A stretch of 64,000 nt of DNA from Azolla caroliniana (GCA_043228905.1 JBHGNT010000001.1:14756001-14820000); one strand, 5' to 3'; positions 40,241-54,703 are shown, counted from the stretch's first letter. The notes: generated from the letters alone by a model not told the origin. Translations and numbers: made by a program.

Positions 40241-40499
40241 ATTATAATTTATGACATATTTTGATTCAATCTCTATAGTTCATACTCATTTTTTTGTAAA
40301 GTTCTAAAGTGAGGATGATAGAGATGGTATGGCCCATGTGGCTCATACATAGCCTAGTACTCATGGTCTTCTTTGTTGTCAGCATTCCTCCGTGGTCACT
40401 CCTCGCCATACTTCTAATGGAGGTGAAGAGCTATGGAAGAAATCAATGGTGTGGTTTTGACGTTGCATCATGCATGCTAATGAAAGGGTTGATTCCCTA

Positions 40500-41400
40500 T
40501 GCTTTTGAAGCTCGAGAAACATTTGGCTAAACTGTTGTGGTTCAGCCTGCACTGTGATTTGTCAAATGGTGGTGGAATCCAATTTGTAGGGTAGAATACG
40601 TCTTTCTGATTTGGTTGGAAGCTAGGTAGAATTGCATTTGATCTCTCCTTCACACAAAAATCTTTTGTCTCTCAATCTTCATTCTGAACAAGATTAGAAG
40701 ATTCAGTTTTGGACGTAAAGACTTCTGCAACAACCATTCCATTCTCCTTTCGTCTATTGCAGCTAGATTAGGAATTTTTAATGACATGATCAATTCCCTT
40801 ACAATGTGAAGAAAATGTTTCGGCTTTTCTGTTTTCTTTGCATCATCCTTCTTTGATAATAAAGCATTAGCTGATTTTTGCTTGTTAGTAAATGAGATGC
40901 ATTTACTTTTTTGCCCTTCTGTCCGGCTATAAAAGCTTGATTTACAACAAACATAGTAGACCTGTTTTATTCTAGATTGATCTTCCTCCAACAAAACTGA
41001 GATTTGTTCACTCATCAAATGTAACTAAGCATTTGGATTGTCTTTCGTCATAAGAGTTGGGAAGACAGTTCGAAACAGTTTGCATAAGGCAACTGTCAGG
41101 TAGGATGTCATATCCCCTCTTTCATATATTTGATCTTAGTCATGAATACAAGTATCGATAGAATCTTCTTCATTCATATGGTCACTCTCCAACTGTTGTC
41201 AAAGGTTAAGCAACACAAGCCTCATTTCTTGCTTCATAATATGTGGTAAGAGTATCCCAATCAGTTTTCTCTCTTTGCATGATTGAATGCAAGGATAATA
41301 GCATGTTTGACAATACATGGACCTCTCTCGTCATATAAATCCACAATGGGTATTTTTGATCCATTCTATTTTAGCCTAAACAATCAACATCTGGAATACA
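40500..41400 (-). pseudogene. Old degenerate Copia gag remnant, apparently joined to an RNase H end
   Basis: Broken frames read WDTLTTYYEARNEA..QQLESDHMNEEDSID..LMQTVSNCLPNSY..VLLEEDQSR. Confidence 0.55.
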
Positions 41401-41968
41401 TCATTGTTCCCAGCCATTGCAAATGACCAAGTGATGAAAAGAAGAGATTACTTCAAGAGAGGATCGGACAGAAATACCTAATGGACTGCTGCTGGCTATT
41501 TATCCATACAGGCTGTAATGCAGTGTAGAGTTGATTGCAGCCGGATTGGTCCGTAGATCGAACCTGGTTCCACTGTTCTAAGGTGAACACAGAATGTTGC
41601 ACTTACTCTGAAAAAGACAAGAGAAGAATGTTGACAATGACCTACTCTCATGCCAACTGTTACATTTTGTTGCCAAAGAAGTGCGCACAGGCAGTAGCAA
41701 ACATCCCAAAATAGGATTCCCACTTTTAAACTGTAAGAGTTTACTTTTTGGCTAGGATCAAAAACTTCGAAAGAACTAAAAAAAGACCTGACTATCCCAC
41801 GTGTGTTCATACATCACTATCATAATATATATCAATAATAACAAGGGGACCATCCCAATAGACAGCTTTCTAGCCTTGCATGCTCATATGATTCATGGCA
41901 TATATTGCTTTTTAAGGGTAATTTTACTCTATGTTATGTCAATCATCAACTAAAATAAGGGCCCAACA

Positions 41969-44068
41969 CTCTCAATAGACTTTGAGTCTGTCCATAGGTA
42001 GGTTTTTCGGGAGCATGTCGAATCCATTGTCATCAGTATGAATCTTCACAAGGGTAAAATCTTGTTGATCCACTTTCTCTCATATCCAGTGATACCGTCT
42101 TTGTATATGTTTGGTCTGAGAGTGGTAAGCAACATTCTTGGCTAGATGTATGGTACTCTGATTATCACTATGAAGTAGGAATCTTTCTTGTTTCATTCCT
42201 AGTTCACTAAGAAAAATCTTCATCCATATTAGCTCCTTTCTGGCCTCTACCGCAACCATATATTCTGCCTTTGTGGTCGACAAGGCCACAACCTTTTGCA
42301 ATCTTGATTGCTACAACACTGCTCCCCTTGCATAGCTCATCACATAACCTCATATGGATCGACTGGAGTCTACATCCCCCAATATGTTTGAGTTGGTAAA
42401 ACCTTCGAGCATAGGTTTTCCGAAACCGTACCTAAGACATACTCTTGAGGTGCCTTTCAAGTACCTGAGTATCCATTTCACTGCTGCCTAGTGTTCCCTC
42501 CCTGGATTACTCATATATCGACTCACCATTCCGACAACAAATGCTATGTCTGGTCTCGTACAGACCATAGCATACATTTAACTTGCAATTTGTCGGCAAT
42601 GCAAACCCGATTGGTTTTGCTTCCAACATGTTAAATCTTTCTAGAACTTTTGTCACATACTTCTCTTGTGAAAACCATAGCACATTCTCAGTTTTGTCTC
42701 GAACTATGTGCATACCCACAATTTGTTTGGCCGGTCCAAGATCTTTCATGGCAAAAGACTTGCCTAGTGCTTTCTTCAAGCTCACAATCTTCTTGGTGTC
42801 TTGTCTAACCACTAACATATCATCCACATATAGCAAGAGAATCAAGAAGTCACCTTCATTGTACCTTTTGATGAACACACAATGATCAACTTGTGTTTTA
42901 TGGAACCCATGTTCCAGCATGAAGAATTCAAACTTCTTGTACCATAGGCATGGAGCTTGTTTCAGACCATACAAGCTTTTTCTGAATCGACACACCAAAT
43001 TCTCTTTTCCTTTCTCCACAAAACCTTCGGGTTGTTGTGTGTAGATCTCGTCATCTAATATCTGATGCAAGAATGTTGTTTTGACATCCAATTGCTCTAT
43101 TTCAAGATTCATATTGGCAGCAATACTTAGCATTGTTCGGATGGATGTCATCTTTACGACTGGTGCAAAAAATTCATCAAAATCGATCCCCTTCTTCTGC
43201 TGAAACCCCTTTAACACGATTCGGGCCTTGTATATGGGTGAGCTGCCCTCTTCCCCATTTTTCATCTTGAAGACCCACTTGTTTCTCAGGGCCCTCTTAC
43301 CTTTCCATAGCTCCACCAAGTTGTAGGTATAATTTTCATGCAAGCAGTTTATTTCATCTTGCATTGCATTATGCCACTTCTCCTTGTGCTCATTTGCTAT
43401 GGTTTCTTCATAACATTCTGGCTCATCTTCATCAGTCAATAAAACATATTGACTGGCGTATCGAGAGGGTGGTCTCCTTTCTCTGAGTGGGTATCCTTCC
43501 ATCTCCCATGGTCGGCTCTAGTTCGAATGTGTCTGCTGACTCTTCATGCGGCTCGGGTTCATTTGTGTCGATCGGTTTGCTAAAGATCAACTAACTTCGA
43601 CTCGTATGCCTCAATAGACCTTTGTAGGTTAGTCGACTCCAACTCATATTTGCTCCGACTCGACTAATTCCGATTTGGTTGTGTCAACTGTCTATATCAT
43701 ATTAGCTAACTATGTAGAATCGACTACTCCTAAGTCCATAGAGGTGGGAGTCGATTGGGAAGACGACCCCGACTGTTGTTGTTTCTAGTCTTCAATCATC
43801 TTGTCGTCCATAAATACTATGTCTCGACACCTCATCACTTTCTTGCCGAGTATATCCCACAACACATAGCCCAAATCATCCTCTAAGTACCCTAGAAATA
43901 TGCATGATTTTGACTTGTTGTTGAGGTTCAACCTTTGATCTTTTGCAACATGCATATACGTCAGGCATCCAAAAATCTTCAACTGTTGATACGACACAAA
44001 TTTCCCTCTCCATAACCGTGAGGTCCGTATATTCGAGTCGTATGCCTTGGGTCTTGCAATACTCCTTG
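41969..44068 (-). mobile_element. Copia F (Tork-like) IN-RT-RH fragment
   Basis: ORF 42507-43502 is RT (YGLKQAP, YVDDML), 42080-42301 is RH, and 43785-44068 is the integrase end. Confidence 0.9.
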
Positions 44069-47000
44069 TGTCATGATATGGCAAGACTCGAACCCATGAC
44101 GTTATGTTACATGGGTCGAGCTCTTGACCATTAGACAAGGATATTATTTTCATTTAAGTTTTACTATAGAAATTTGATGTATATTCCAGATTTCTCTAGA
44201 ACATTCTAGAAACTTCAGGAGTACTCCCGAGAACACTATAAAAGGAGGCACAAGGCATTATTTTGAACCAAAATCGGTTCAAACTGTCAAGAACAGTCCT
44301 AAGACAAAGAAGTATTGTCAGGAACAGTACTAAGATAGAGAAGGAATTAGTACTAAAAGATGAGGATTAGTACTAAGGGAGGTGCAGAACTCTCAAGAGA
44401 AGGAAAGAGTGAGAGAGAGAGAATGATGATAACAAAAGATATATATTATGTTAAGAAAATATACAATAGTAGTTAGGAGGATTACGACTGGCGATTATTA
44501 TACGCGAATTTGGCGAAGTAGAGAATATCCACCCAGTCATCTTGATGATAGCTTAGAAAGCACTGAAGATACTTCTCCAGCGTTTGATTCATTTGTTCTG
44601 CTTGGCCTTCTGTTTGCAGGTGGTAGCTGGAGGAGACTTTACAAGTGACCTTGAGCATTTTAAAGAGGTGCTTCCAGAATTTCGAGATGAACTGGGGTCC
44701 ACGATCGCTGATGATGCTATCGGGAAGGCCATGATGCCGACATACTTCACGCATACCAATTTCGTCGGTTTCCTCACTGGAGATTTCCTTAGTACATGGC
44801 AGGAAATGGGCCATCTTCGTATATTGATCTCGTACTGTTAAGATCGCATCGAATCCCTTAGAGACCGAAAGATCTGTGATGAAATCTATAGCAATGGATT
44901 GCCACGGCTTGCTTGGAATTGGTAATGGTTCTAATATACCATAAGGATGATGCCTTGACATTTTTTATCTGCAACATGTATCACAAGTCCGAACAAAATC
45001 TTTGACAAATTGTCCCATATGGGGCCACGAGAATGATCGTTGTACTAAATCTAATGTTTTAGTACTACCAAAATGCCTAGTTGTATATGTGTCATGACAG
45101 TTTTGGACTACTCGTAGGTGACAAGAACCATTAGGAACATACAAGAGTTTCTTAAAGAATAGTAATCCATCACGACATTTGAATTGTAGATAGTCCGTAC
45201 CTGGTTATTGCGATTGTAAACAAGATGCTCGAGAGGGATCAAATTGTGTTAGAATGTCTTGGACGAAAGCATCTGTCTTCAAGTCCTCACGTATGGTATC
45301 GATAACATAGGAATCCAAGGGCATACCAAAGACTTGTTGCTTGTAGTCGTGCTGGTCCTAGGATTACTTGCTTTTGGTTATCGAAAGCTGGATCGTCAGG
45401 ACGCGATGCTAGATACGAGTGTCGTGATAATGCATCTGCCTTCCCTTGATGCTTCCCTGGACGATACGTAATTTTGAAGTCGAAACGAGTGAGAAATTGG
45501 GCCCAGCAAACTTGACGTCGATTTAACACACGAGCATTCTGAAAGTAGGCAAGGTTTTTGTGATCACTGAATACGGTGACTTGATGAGAAGATCCCTCTA
45601 GGAAAGGCCTCCATTGCGTAAAAGAGTCCACTATTGCTCATAGCTCTGTTGAGATATAACCTCAACATTGGCCGGATCAACTCTACCAGCCGAGAACCAG
45701 ATCGGTTGGGATCGATCGGTTAGGCCGGACCGGTGCGTAAACCGGTGCCCAGACTGGTGCGCAACGAGAAGCCGTAGCACTGCGTAAACCGTGATGCCAT
45801 TGGAAAGATATTCCGCATAGGAATATATTTTGGGAGTTAGTGTATAGCTCACTTACGAGCATTGAAGTACGTGTCAGTACTTCTGTCAATCCGTATGAAC
45901 TTGTATAAAAGTGTTCATTGAGCACATCCTATGTATAGACTGAGTATTATTTTTGAATTGAGTTTTGTGTGCATTCTCTCTCTCAAGCACCACAACCAGG
46001 AAGCTTCAACTCCAACAGGAGCTGAGCAATTTACGACAATGCGACTTGTCGGTGGCTGATTACACCTCGACGATCAAAGAGATATGCGACTCCTTAGCCT
46101 CTATCGATGTGAACGTCGAGGAAGGCGAGATGGTGCAGATCTGTCTCGTGGGACTGGCGTCGAACTTTGGAGCGTTCCGAATTGTTGTGTGTACACGGGA
46201 GAATACACCGTCATTTTTCGACCTACAGTTGATGCTCCTTATAGAGGAGAACAATGCGGGTGTGTCGACGAGCACGCATGCTAACAACAAGATGTTGTAC
46301 ATGGAGGGAGATAGGCCCCGTGGTCATGGCGGACGAGGAGAGTCGGTGCGCAATGGAAGCGGCTGATGAGACCAAGGAAGGAGGCACCGAAGTGATGCCG
46401 ATAGCAACTCAGGACCCTTTCGAAATAGGGGGAGTCGAGGCGATGAGAATAGACAAGGGAATCCGTCGAGGAATGTTGGCACTGTGGCAAGAAAGGCCAC
46501 AAGGAGAGCGAGTGTTGGAAGAAGCGCGCCGATTCGGAGAAGACCGGATCCGGATCAGGTTCTCGACAAACCGACAAGGGTAATCGGCAACGATCACACT
46601 ATGCCGAAGGATCCGGAAAAGCCAAAAAAGGTCAGCCTTCGTGTCGAGACACGAAGCGAACTCAATGAAGAAGTCCACCCTGAAATCTGACGAGGTGTGG
46701 TACGTCAACTCCAGCGCATCAAACCACTTGACGTACCACAAGGAGTAGCTGTCATACCTTGAGAAACCGATGCAACCTGGAGTAGTCGCAACCGGAGACG
46801 ACGCTCCGCATCCGATCATGAATGTCAGTGAAGTTCCCCTGAGCCATGTCGGGCAGAAAGGGAAACTTGTGAACGTGTTACATGTCCCGACAATCACGAA
46901 GAATCTAATGTTGGTCAGGCAGATCGTCAACCGGGGGATGCAAGTCCGGTTCACGCATCTCGGGTGCTTCATCGAGGAAGAAGGTTGAGTTATTGCGCAA

Positions 47001-50000
47001 GGGTGCAGAGACAGGAGGATGTTTATCCTCAACTCTAGTGACGGTGGCACCGCAATGTTCGCGAAAGGACAAAAAGTCGAGTCGGATATCGACTTATGGC
47101 ACAAGTGGATAAGCCACGTTAACTATCAACAGCTTCAGCACCTGTTATCGAAACAAGTTGTGTTCGGATTGCCCAAATTTAGTAGCCGGAAGCCACAAAT
47201 TTGTGAAGCTTGCCAATTAGGGAAGCAACACCGACTTCCTTTCCCTAACGAGCGTAACCGGAGCCGGAACAAGGTCGACTTGATATATTCCAATGTATGG
47301 GGGCCAGCACAGAACGTTAGTCTTGGCGGGAGTTGATATTTCGTCTCCTTCATCGATGACTATACACGGCACACGTGGATCTACCTCATTGAGAAGAAGA
47401 GTGAAGTCTTCGACTGTTTCCGGGACCTCAAGAGCTTCGTTGAAAGGGAAACAGGAAGAAAGATCAAGTGCCTATGGTCAGATGGCGGAAAAGAGTACTT
47501 TTTCGGTCAATTGAACGGGTATCTGCAACAAATGGGAATTCGGCGCGAATTCAGTTGCAAATATGCGCCGGAGCAAAACGGCATGGCCGAAAGGAAAAAT
47601 CAGTCGGTTGTGGAAGCAGCGCGGGCAATGCTGGAAGAAAAGAGGTTGCCCAAGTTCTACTAGGCGGAGGTGGTACGAACCGCAGTGTACATCTAGAATC
47701 GGATCGGAGACAAAGTGTCGGCGCATGAGTTGTATTTCAGAAGGAAGCCAAATCTACGACACTTGAGAGTTTTCAGTAGCATTGCGTATGTGCATGTGCC
47801 GAAGGAGAAAAGGAGGAAGTTGGACGCAAAAGCTGAGAAGTGTATCTTAGTCGGCTATTCGGACGAGCAGATGGGTTATAAGTGCTATAACCCCCGAACC
47901 AAACAAGCTCGTAGGAGCCACGACGTTGTGTTTGACGAATCTGCATCCTAGTACTTGCCTCCGACTCCGGACCTCAACTCCAATCCGAGCTCTGATGATG
48001 AGGTTAGCGAGGTTGAAGTGCCTCCGGATGAGGGTGAAATCGGGACCCTCAAAGAGGGTCCGATCTCGTTTCGGTTAACTGGACTGAATGGACGATTGAG
48101 TCGGTTTGACCAGTCCGAAGAACAATCGGCGAGTACTGGAGACTCTACCGTGCATTCCCTGCACCGGAAGCCGAGGAGACGGCTTATGTGCAAGGAAAAA
48201 GGGAAGAAAAAGGTGTTGGATTACGGCACGGATAAGAACAAGTCGGATCGACGCGAGTCCGACTCCAAGGGAAGTGATGATGGGTCTTCGAGAGCGAAGT
48301 CTGCGTAGGCCAAGAAAGCCTCAACATCGGCTAATGAGCAAATACGCCGATCTACCCGCCAGAAGAACCCTATTGTGTGGTTCGGATACAATGAGTACAT
48401 GGCGCATCACTATGCATACATGACCCATGTAGCGAAAGTGTGTGAGATGGAGAGCTACAGAGAAGCGGCGAAGGACACGAATTGCCGCGCCGCAATGGAG
48501 TAAGAGATGCGCGCATTGGCGGAAAATGAAACCTGGGACCTAGTTGACGCACCGAAAGTTGTGAAGCTGATCGGATGTAGGTGGGTGTACAAGGTCAAGT
48601 ACAACACTGATGACTCGGTCAACCAATACAAGGCCCGGTTAGTAGCGAAAGGCTACGCGTAGCAAGACGACATCGACTACGATGAGACGTTTGCACCGGT
48701 CGCGAAGATGACAACCGTCTGCATTTTGCTCGCAGTAGCTGCGGCGAAGGGGTGGCACTTACACCAGATGGATGTAAAGAATGTGTTCCTACAAGGTGAG
48801 CATGAGGAACATGTGTACATGGTACAACCCCCCGGATTTCACTCTAGAAGGAACACCTCGGTGGTGTGCTGGATGAAGAAGTCCCTTTACGGACTAATGC
48901 AAGCCCCACATGCCTAGAACGCGAAGATCACACAACGATTGCATTGGATGGGCTTTGCGACGTCAAAATCGGAGTCCTCACTATTCATCCGGAAACGTCG
49001 ACTCGGGCCGGCTAGCATTTTACTTTATGTTGATGACTTGGTCATCATTGGCGCCGACCTAGGTGAGATTGACCACATGAAGCTCCAACTTGCGGCATCA
49101 TTCAGCATGAAGGATCTGGGGGACCTTCATTACTTCCTCGGGATCGAAGTGATCCTCATCCTCGAAGGCATACTGATCAGCCAACGGCATTACGTGCTGA
49201 GTATGCTCTTCAAATTTGGGATGGCCGATTGTAAGTCCGTCTCGACTCTTCTGCATAGAACAGTCAAGCTTCACCCCGATTCCGGGAAGGTATGCGACCC
49301 GACGAGGTTCCGACAGATAGTCGGAAGCCTTATATACATGACCATCACCCGACCAGATCTCAGCTACCCAGTCAGGATGATTAGTCAGTTCATAGTGCGA
49401 CCTACTCATGAGCACCTTCAGTGTGTGCAACGCGTACTGCGGTACGTAAGCGGCACTAAGGACCGGGGGCTACTATATCGGATCAGTGCAACCATGTAGT
49501 TGGTCGGCTACACCGATGCCGACTGGGCCAGCAACATCGTCGATCGCCGATCGACGTCTGGTTTCGCGTTCTCTCTTGGGAGTGCTGCGATCGCGTGGAG
49601 TAGCAAGAAGAAGCCAACAATTGCGCTGTCGAGCACCGAAGCCAAGTATAGAGGAGTGGCTGTTACGACATGCGCATCCATATGGTTGAAGTAGCTACTT
49701 AAGGATCTGCATGTGGAGGTATCCGATCCAACGACAATCTACTGCGACAACGTCAGCAACATCCAGCTAGTAAAGAACCCCGTCGTCCACGCCCGGACTA
49801 AGCACATTGAGGTGCACTACCATTTCGTCCGTGAGCGTGTCCTCTCCGGTGAAGTCGAGCTTCAGTATGTTCCGACGGATCAACAAACCGCTGACATCTT
49901 CACCAAGCCTCTTGGTTTGGACAAATTGTGGCAATTCTCGGGTGCGCTTGGGTTGTGTCACCTTGACATGCCGAACTTGAGGAGGAGAGACATCCTGAAT

Positions 50001-51062
50001 GACCACGGAAGTGGGAGAGAAGTTCCGGAAGACCGCGACACCGAGTCGGATGACGATTTTGACTTCGGATCGGCTGAAGAAGCTGAGTGCAGATCCGCGA
50101 AAGATTCCGAAAGAGGACATAAGGGGAGCAATCAAAAGAAAGAGCCGAAGCCAACCAAGCGTGGGGGAGACGAAGCCATCAAGGGCGAGAAGACTGAAGA
50201 AGAGTTGGAGACAACCCCCTCGGACGAAACCGAAAACCGATCGGAGGAAGCCGAGTCAGTTCGGCTGCTTGATTTGGATACGCCGAATCAACTGAGGGCC
50301 AAGCAAAAGAGAAGCAACAAAAGAAGCGCCAAAACCGCGACATCATCGGAGCTGAGGAGGGCCACATGAGCACGCAAGCCGACCGGTGTCGTGTGGCGCA
50401 TGACAGAGGTGCCAAACGTCGTGATGTGTGCGTCACATGCGCGGACAAGCACCAGGCCTCTATCCGCTAGTGGTTATGGAGGATTGATGATGGGATCATT
50501 CAAGATAACAGAACCGCGGAAGGACTAGCGCAAGCAACAAAAGGGCGGAAGGACTAGCGCAAGCAAGAAGTATTAAAGATAAATTGATAGATATATATAG
50601 GTGGGAATTCCTATTCCCGGTTTGAGGCTTTAACTTCAAAATTGAGATAGAAAACACCTTGCCAACAAGTTAACTAGAACTTATTAATTATTATTGATTG
50701 CATACATTGTCTCTCCTTTCTTTCTCTTTCTCTCCTTCTTATATAGATGTGAGGGTGTAGTACATACATACAATGCATGAGATGCATAATCGCCATTTGG
50801 CACACATGCATCACATGTGATGCATGATGACCATGTACCTTATCTAAGCTCTCATGTACAAACAATTTTGTGTGAAATGTACAATGAACAAAATTAACTT
50901 TTAAATGAAACAACGTAGCCTAATGGTATGCCTATATTGCCTCCTATCTTGGAGGTGTAAGGTTCAAAACCTTTACTTGCACCTCATTGTATGCATTAGG
51001 CTTATTATATATATATGTGTGTAATGATCACCTAAACACACATCACATGTGCACATTAACCA

Positions 51063-53508
51063 TCACCCCTTCCATATATGTGCATATTGCACCTTCTCGA
51101 TTTTCCTCATTCCACGTGATTTCACACCGTTGCCGAAAATCTTCACGACATTCACCCCCATCAAACCGCACGTCCTCCGGTACGTGCCAAGAAGAGAATG
51201 TGAGATTTTGGCTACGGTGTGAGATTCCTCCACGTCCTCGTTGACCTCGCTCACATTTGTGGGTTTCGCCTTACTATCTTCATTGTTGAGATCATCGAGT
51301 TTGGGACCCTCACCTTGTCTTTTCTTGAAGATCCTTAGTCTTTTTCTCGCAATCGGTATGGCCAGCCTTGATCTGTCTAGCTCCACATATGATCCGAACC
51401 ACCTTCTTGCAAACGTTGTTGTCGTCTTATGTTGGTTGTCAAAGCTATTGTGGCAGACCAATACCCAACCTTCTTCTTCAATCTTCTTGGGGTGTTGACG
51501 ATGTGTCTTCTCAAAACGAATCTAAAAACTGAGTGCTTCTTCTAATTAGCCAATCCTTTTCTTTGAGATGGGAGATAGAAATGTTGGCAATACAACCTCC
51601 TCTATTTAGTTAAACATCCCACCATCTTGATGCATCTTTTCCTTCCTTCCTGTGTGTTGTTTTTATAATCACTTCTTTCCTTTCTTCTTTACAAGTAATA
51701 ACCATCCATTTTACCACAACCTCATCTTCTTCGATAACAACCTCAATGTTAGTTATACTTACATCATCATTATAATAATCGTTTGAGTTAATGACATCTT
51801 TGATCACCGAATCTTTTTCTACGAGATAAGCATCATATTCAATATCATCTACCCTAAAAGTATCCTTCCCAAACACACTCACAACACCAACATTATCGCT
51901 ATACATATCCCAAACCATCATAGCATTTTCTAGATTATCCTCAATATTATCAACCTTAATCCCATCCTTCCCACACATGCTCACAACATCAACATCATCA
52001 TTATACACATCCCAGATAACATTTCCTAGATTTTCCTTGCTTATACCCGTGTGATCATTATGTAACCCCACATCCACATGGACATATTTTTGCAGAACAT
52101 CCCCATCATCACAAGTACCTATTCTATTTTCATAATGGATATCCTCATGAATGTCACCATTTGATCTAGTGAAACTCTTATAAAATCTATCACGAAGAAA
52201 ACCAAGGCAACCTAAAACACATGATTTCTCTTCGTCACTCTCACCCTCATCATTACCCCTATCATAACCATATCCACAGAAAGTGCACAACTTTCTATCA
52301 TCATAACCCTCATTCTTCTCATGGTAGTCACTCTCACCATCAATAATGCATTCTCCCTTACTATCATCAAGCCCTAAATCATGTGTTTCATTTCTATCAT
52401 CATCGTCATCACATTTAAATGTAAAGTTTTCGTCTTTTTCTAACTCCTTCTCTTGTTTGTGGCTCTTATTAAACCTATCACACTTGTCATCAAAATTAAA
52501 ACCATGAGAGTTTCGATCCCAACCTTTCTCACCATCATGGCTTCCGTCGAGTGCTTTTTCATTAGCACAACCATGAAAAGCTCGACATTGATTTCTCCTC
52601 TTGTGTTTATAGTAATCTTTGTCACGATCATAACTTTGTAGATCTCAAGCACTCTTTGTGAGTTTCTAATGATCTTTGTCTTTGTCATAATCATGTAGAT
52701 CTTGATCTTTCTCTTCAAGCCCACGTTCTTTGTCTGATGTCTCTTCACGATTGCATCCCTGAGTATCTTGGTCTTTCCCCGTGAGCCCACGTTCTTCATT
52801 ACATGTCTCTTCACAACTGCATCCTTGAGTATGTTGGTCTTTCCCCTCGAATGTATGTTCTTCGTTCCATGTCTCTTCGTGATCACATCCTTCTTCGGTG
52901 CATATCTCTCTTCTCTTGCGTTTGCAATGATCTTCATGATGACAATCATAATCTCTCCCTTCAAGATCGCGTTCTTTGTCACGTGTTTCTCATTTGTCGA
53001 GTTTGCAATGATCCTCGTAACGACCATAGGCATGTTGATCTTGATCTCTCTCTTCGAAACCTTCGTCTTCATTGAATGCCTCTTCACAATCACTATGAAC
53101 ATATCCATGTCTCTTGTCAAGCCCATGTTCTTCGTCGCGTCTCTCTTCACAACCGCATCCTTGAATATCTTGATCTTTTCTTACAAGCCCACATTCTTCG
53201 TTGAATGTCTCTTCATGACAGTAATCACGAATATCTCGATCATCTTCATCTTCATCATTGTTGAGAAGCCCATGAAAAGGTTGAGGTCCAAATCTGGACG
53301 TCATAACTGCTTCATACCAATCCGGAACTTCTTGATATAATCTTTCGGCTTGCCTTGCCAACTTGACATAATCCATCGCTCTATCCTTATCATCCTGCAA
53401 CATCATTTCAATGGCCTTCCTTATAAATGGAAGCATTATCAGTCTCGGCCCACCTTCTCTTCTTATAGATTCTTCTAACTCATAAGCATCCAAGACCACA
53501 TCCATCAT
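51063..53508 (-). pseudogene. Disrupted acidic, repeat-rich ORF ending in a Gypsy integrase C-terminal (GPY/F-like) tail
   Basis: D/E-rich ORFs 52990-53508 and 51610-52290; roughly 60-bp repeats at 52700-53220; terminal WVLV..SFDNQH..FARRWFGSY..KRLRIFKKR. Confidence 0.65.
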
Positions 53509-54627
53509 TTGTGATGCCTCCCTTACCCTCCCTTACCACCTTGTGTTTTTCACATCAGGTTCACCAAATAGATGTCGTGTGGCGCATGACACACGTGCCA
53601 AACATCGTGATGTGTGCGTCACAAGCGCGAACAAGCACCGGGCCTCTATCCGCTAGTGGTTATGGAGGATTGATGATGGGATCGTTCAAGATAACAGAAC
53701 CGCGGAAGGACTAGCGCAAGCAACGAAACGGCGGAAGGACTAGCGCAAGCGAGAAGTATTAAAGATAATTTGATAGATAGATACAGGTGGAAATTCTTAT
53801 TCCTGGTTTGAACCTTTAACTTCAAAATTGAGATAGAAGACACCTTGCCAACGAGATAACTAGAACTTATTAATTATTATTGATTCCATATATTATCTCT
53901 CCTTTCTTTCTCTTTCTCTCCTTCTTATATAGATGCCCCCATGCATATGTGCATGTGAGGGTGTAGTACATACATACAATGCATGAGATGCATGATCGCC
54001 ATTTAGAGCTCATGCATTACATGTGATGCATGATGACCATGTACCTTATCTAAGCTCTCATGTACAAACAATTTTGTGTGAAATGTAAAATGAACAAAAT
54101 TAACTTTCAAATGAAACAACGTAGTCTAATGGTATGTCTATTGCCTCCTATCTTGGAGGTGTATGTTGTCCAGAGGACAGAAATGTAAAATTAGGAAATT
54201 AGCAAACGCCGAGTCCGAGTATCACGGGCCACCGACGGCTCGGCTGTGTATTAGGGGGAAAAGTTATTTAAACGAGGACCAGTACCTCAGAGTGGGGGGG
54301 AGAAAAAAAATATAGGCGGAAGCACTAGCTGAGTCCCTCGTAACTAGCAAATCTTGTAAGGTCACCGGCCGTAGGCCGTGTTCTGTAATCTCTTCTGTCG
54401 CAGTAATATATCTGAATTGTGCCCAGTTTGCTCCATGTGTCTGTGCGTTGATTCATACCTATGATTTGAGCGCTGCCCACGCCTGTCTAGATCTCGTTAG
54501 TGTTTTCTCTCTGAGCACTGTCTCTCCCTCGACGCCTCTGTTACGAGCCTTCACTTACCATGCCCTTGAATACCGATAGCCGCAGATCTATCGAAGGTGT
54601 TCACCCAAAGGAACGGGTAACACAATT

Positions 54628-54703
54628 TGGCACGCCCGATGGGACTCGAACCCACAATCCCTTGATTAGAAGTCAAATGCCTTATCCATTAGGCCACGGG
54701 CGC
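54628..54703 (-). tRNA. Full-length tRNA-Arg(UCU) copy with encoded CCA at the PBS position
   Basis: The reverse complement GCGCCCG TG GCCT AATGGATA AGGC A TTTGA CTTCTAA TCAAG GGATT GTGGG TTCGAGT CCCAT CGGGCGT G CCA folds as a 76-nt cloverleaf with anticodon TCT. Confidence 0.95.

Larger units (their letters stand above)
37416..40300 (-). mobile_element. Copia E (Tork-like) 5' part: LTR, tRNA-Met PBS, gag, protease
   Basis: gag NYVDWKIKMEDLL and CFYCGKPGHFQKNC; protease WVVDSGASFH; PBS TGGTATCA at about 38921-38928. The distal LTR end is approximate. Confidence 0.85.

Noticed and set aside
52440-53340. Hydrophobic or basic ORFs 52768-53340(+) and 52440-53150(-) as real proteins
   Set aside because: Alternative-frame and antisense readings of the acidic repeat ORF.
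54628-54703. Ordinary host tRNA-Arg gene
   Set aside because: The encoded CCA and the exact PBS position next to an LTR indicate a reverse-transcribed primer copy.
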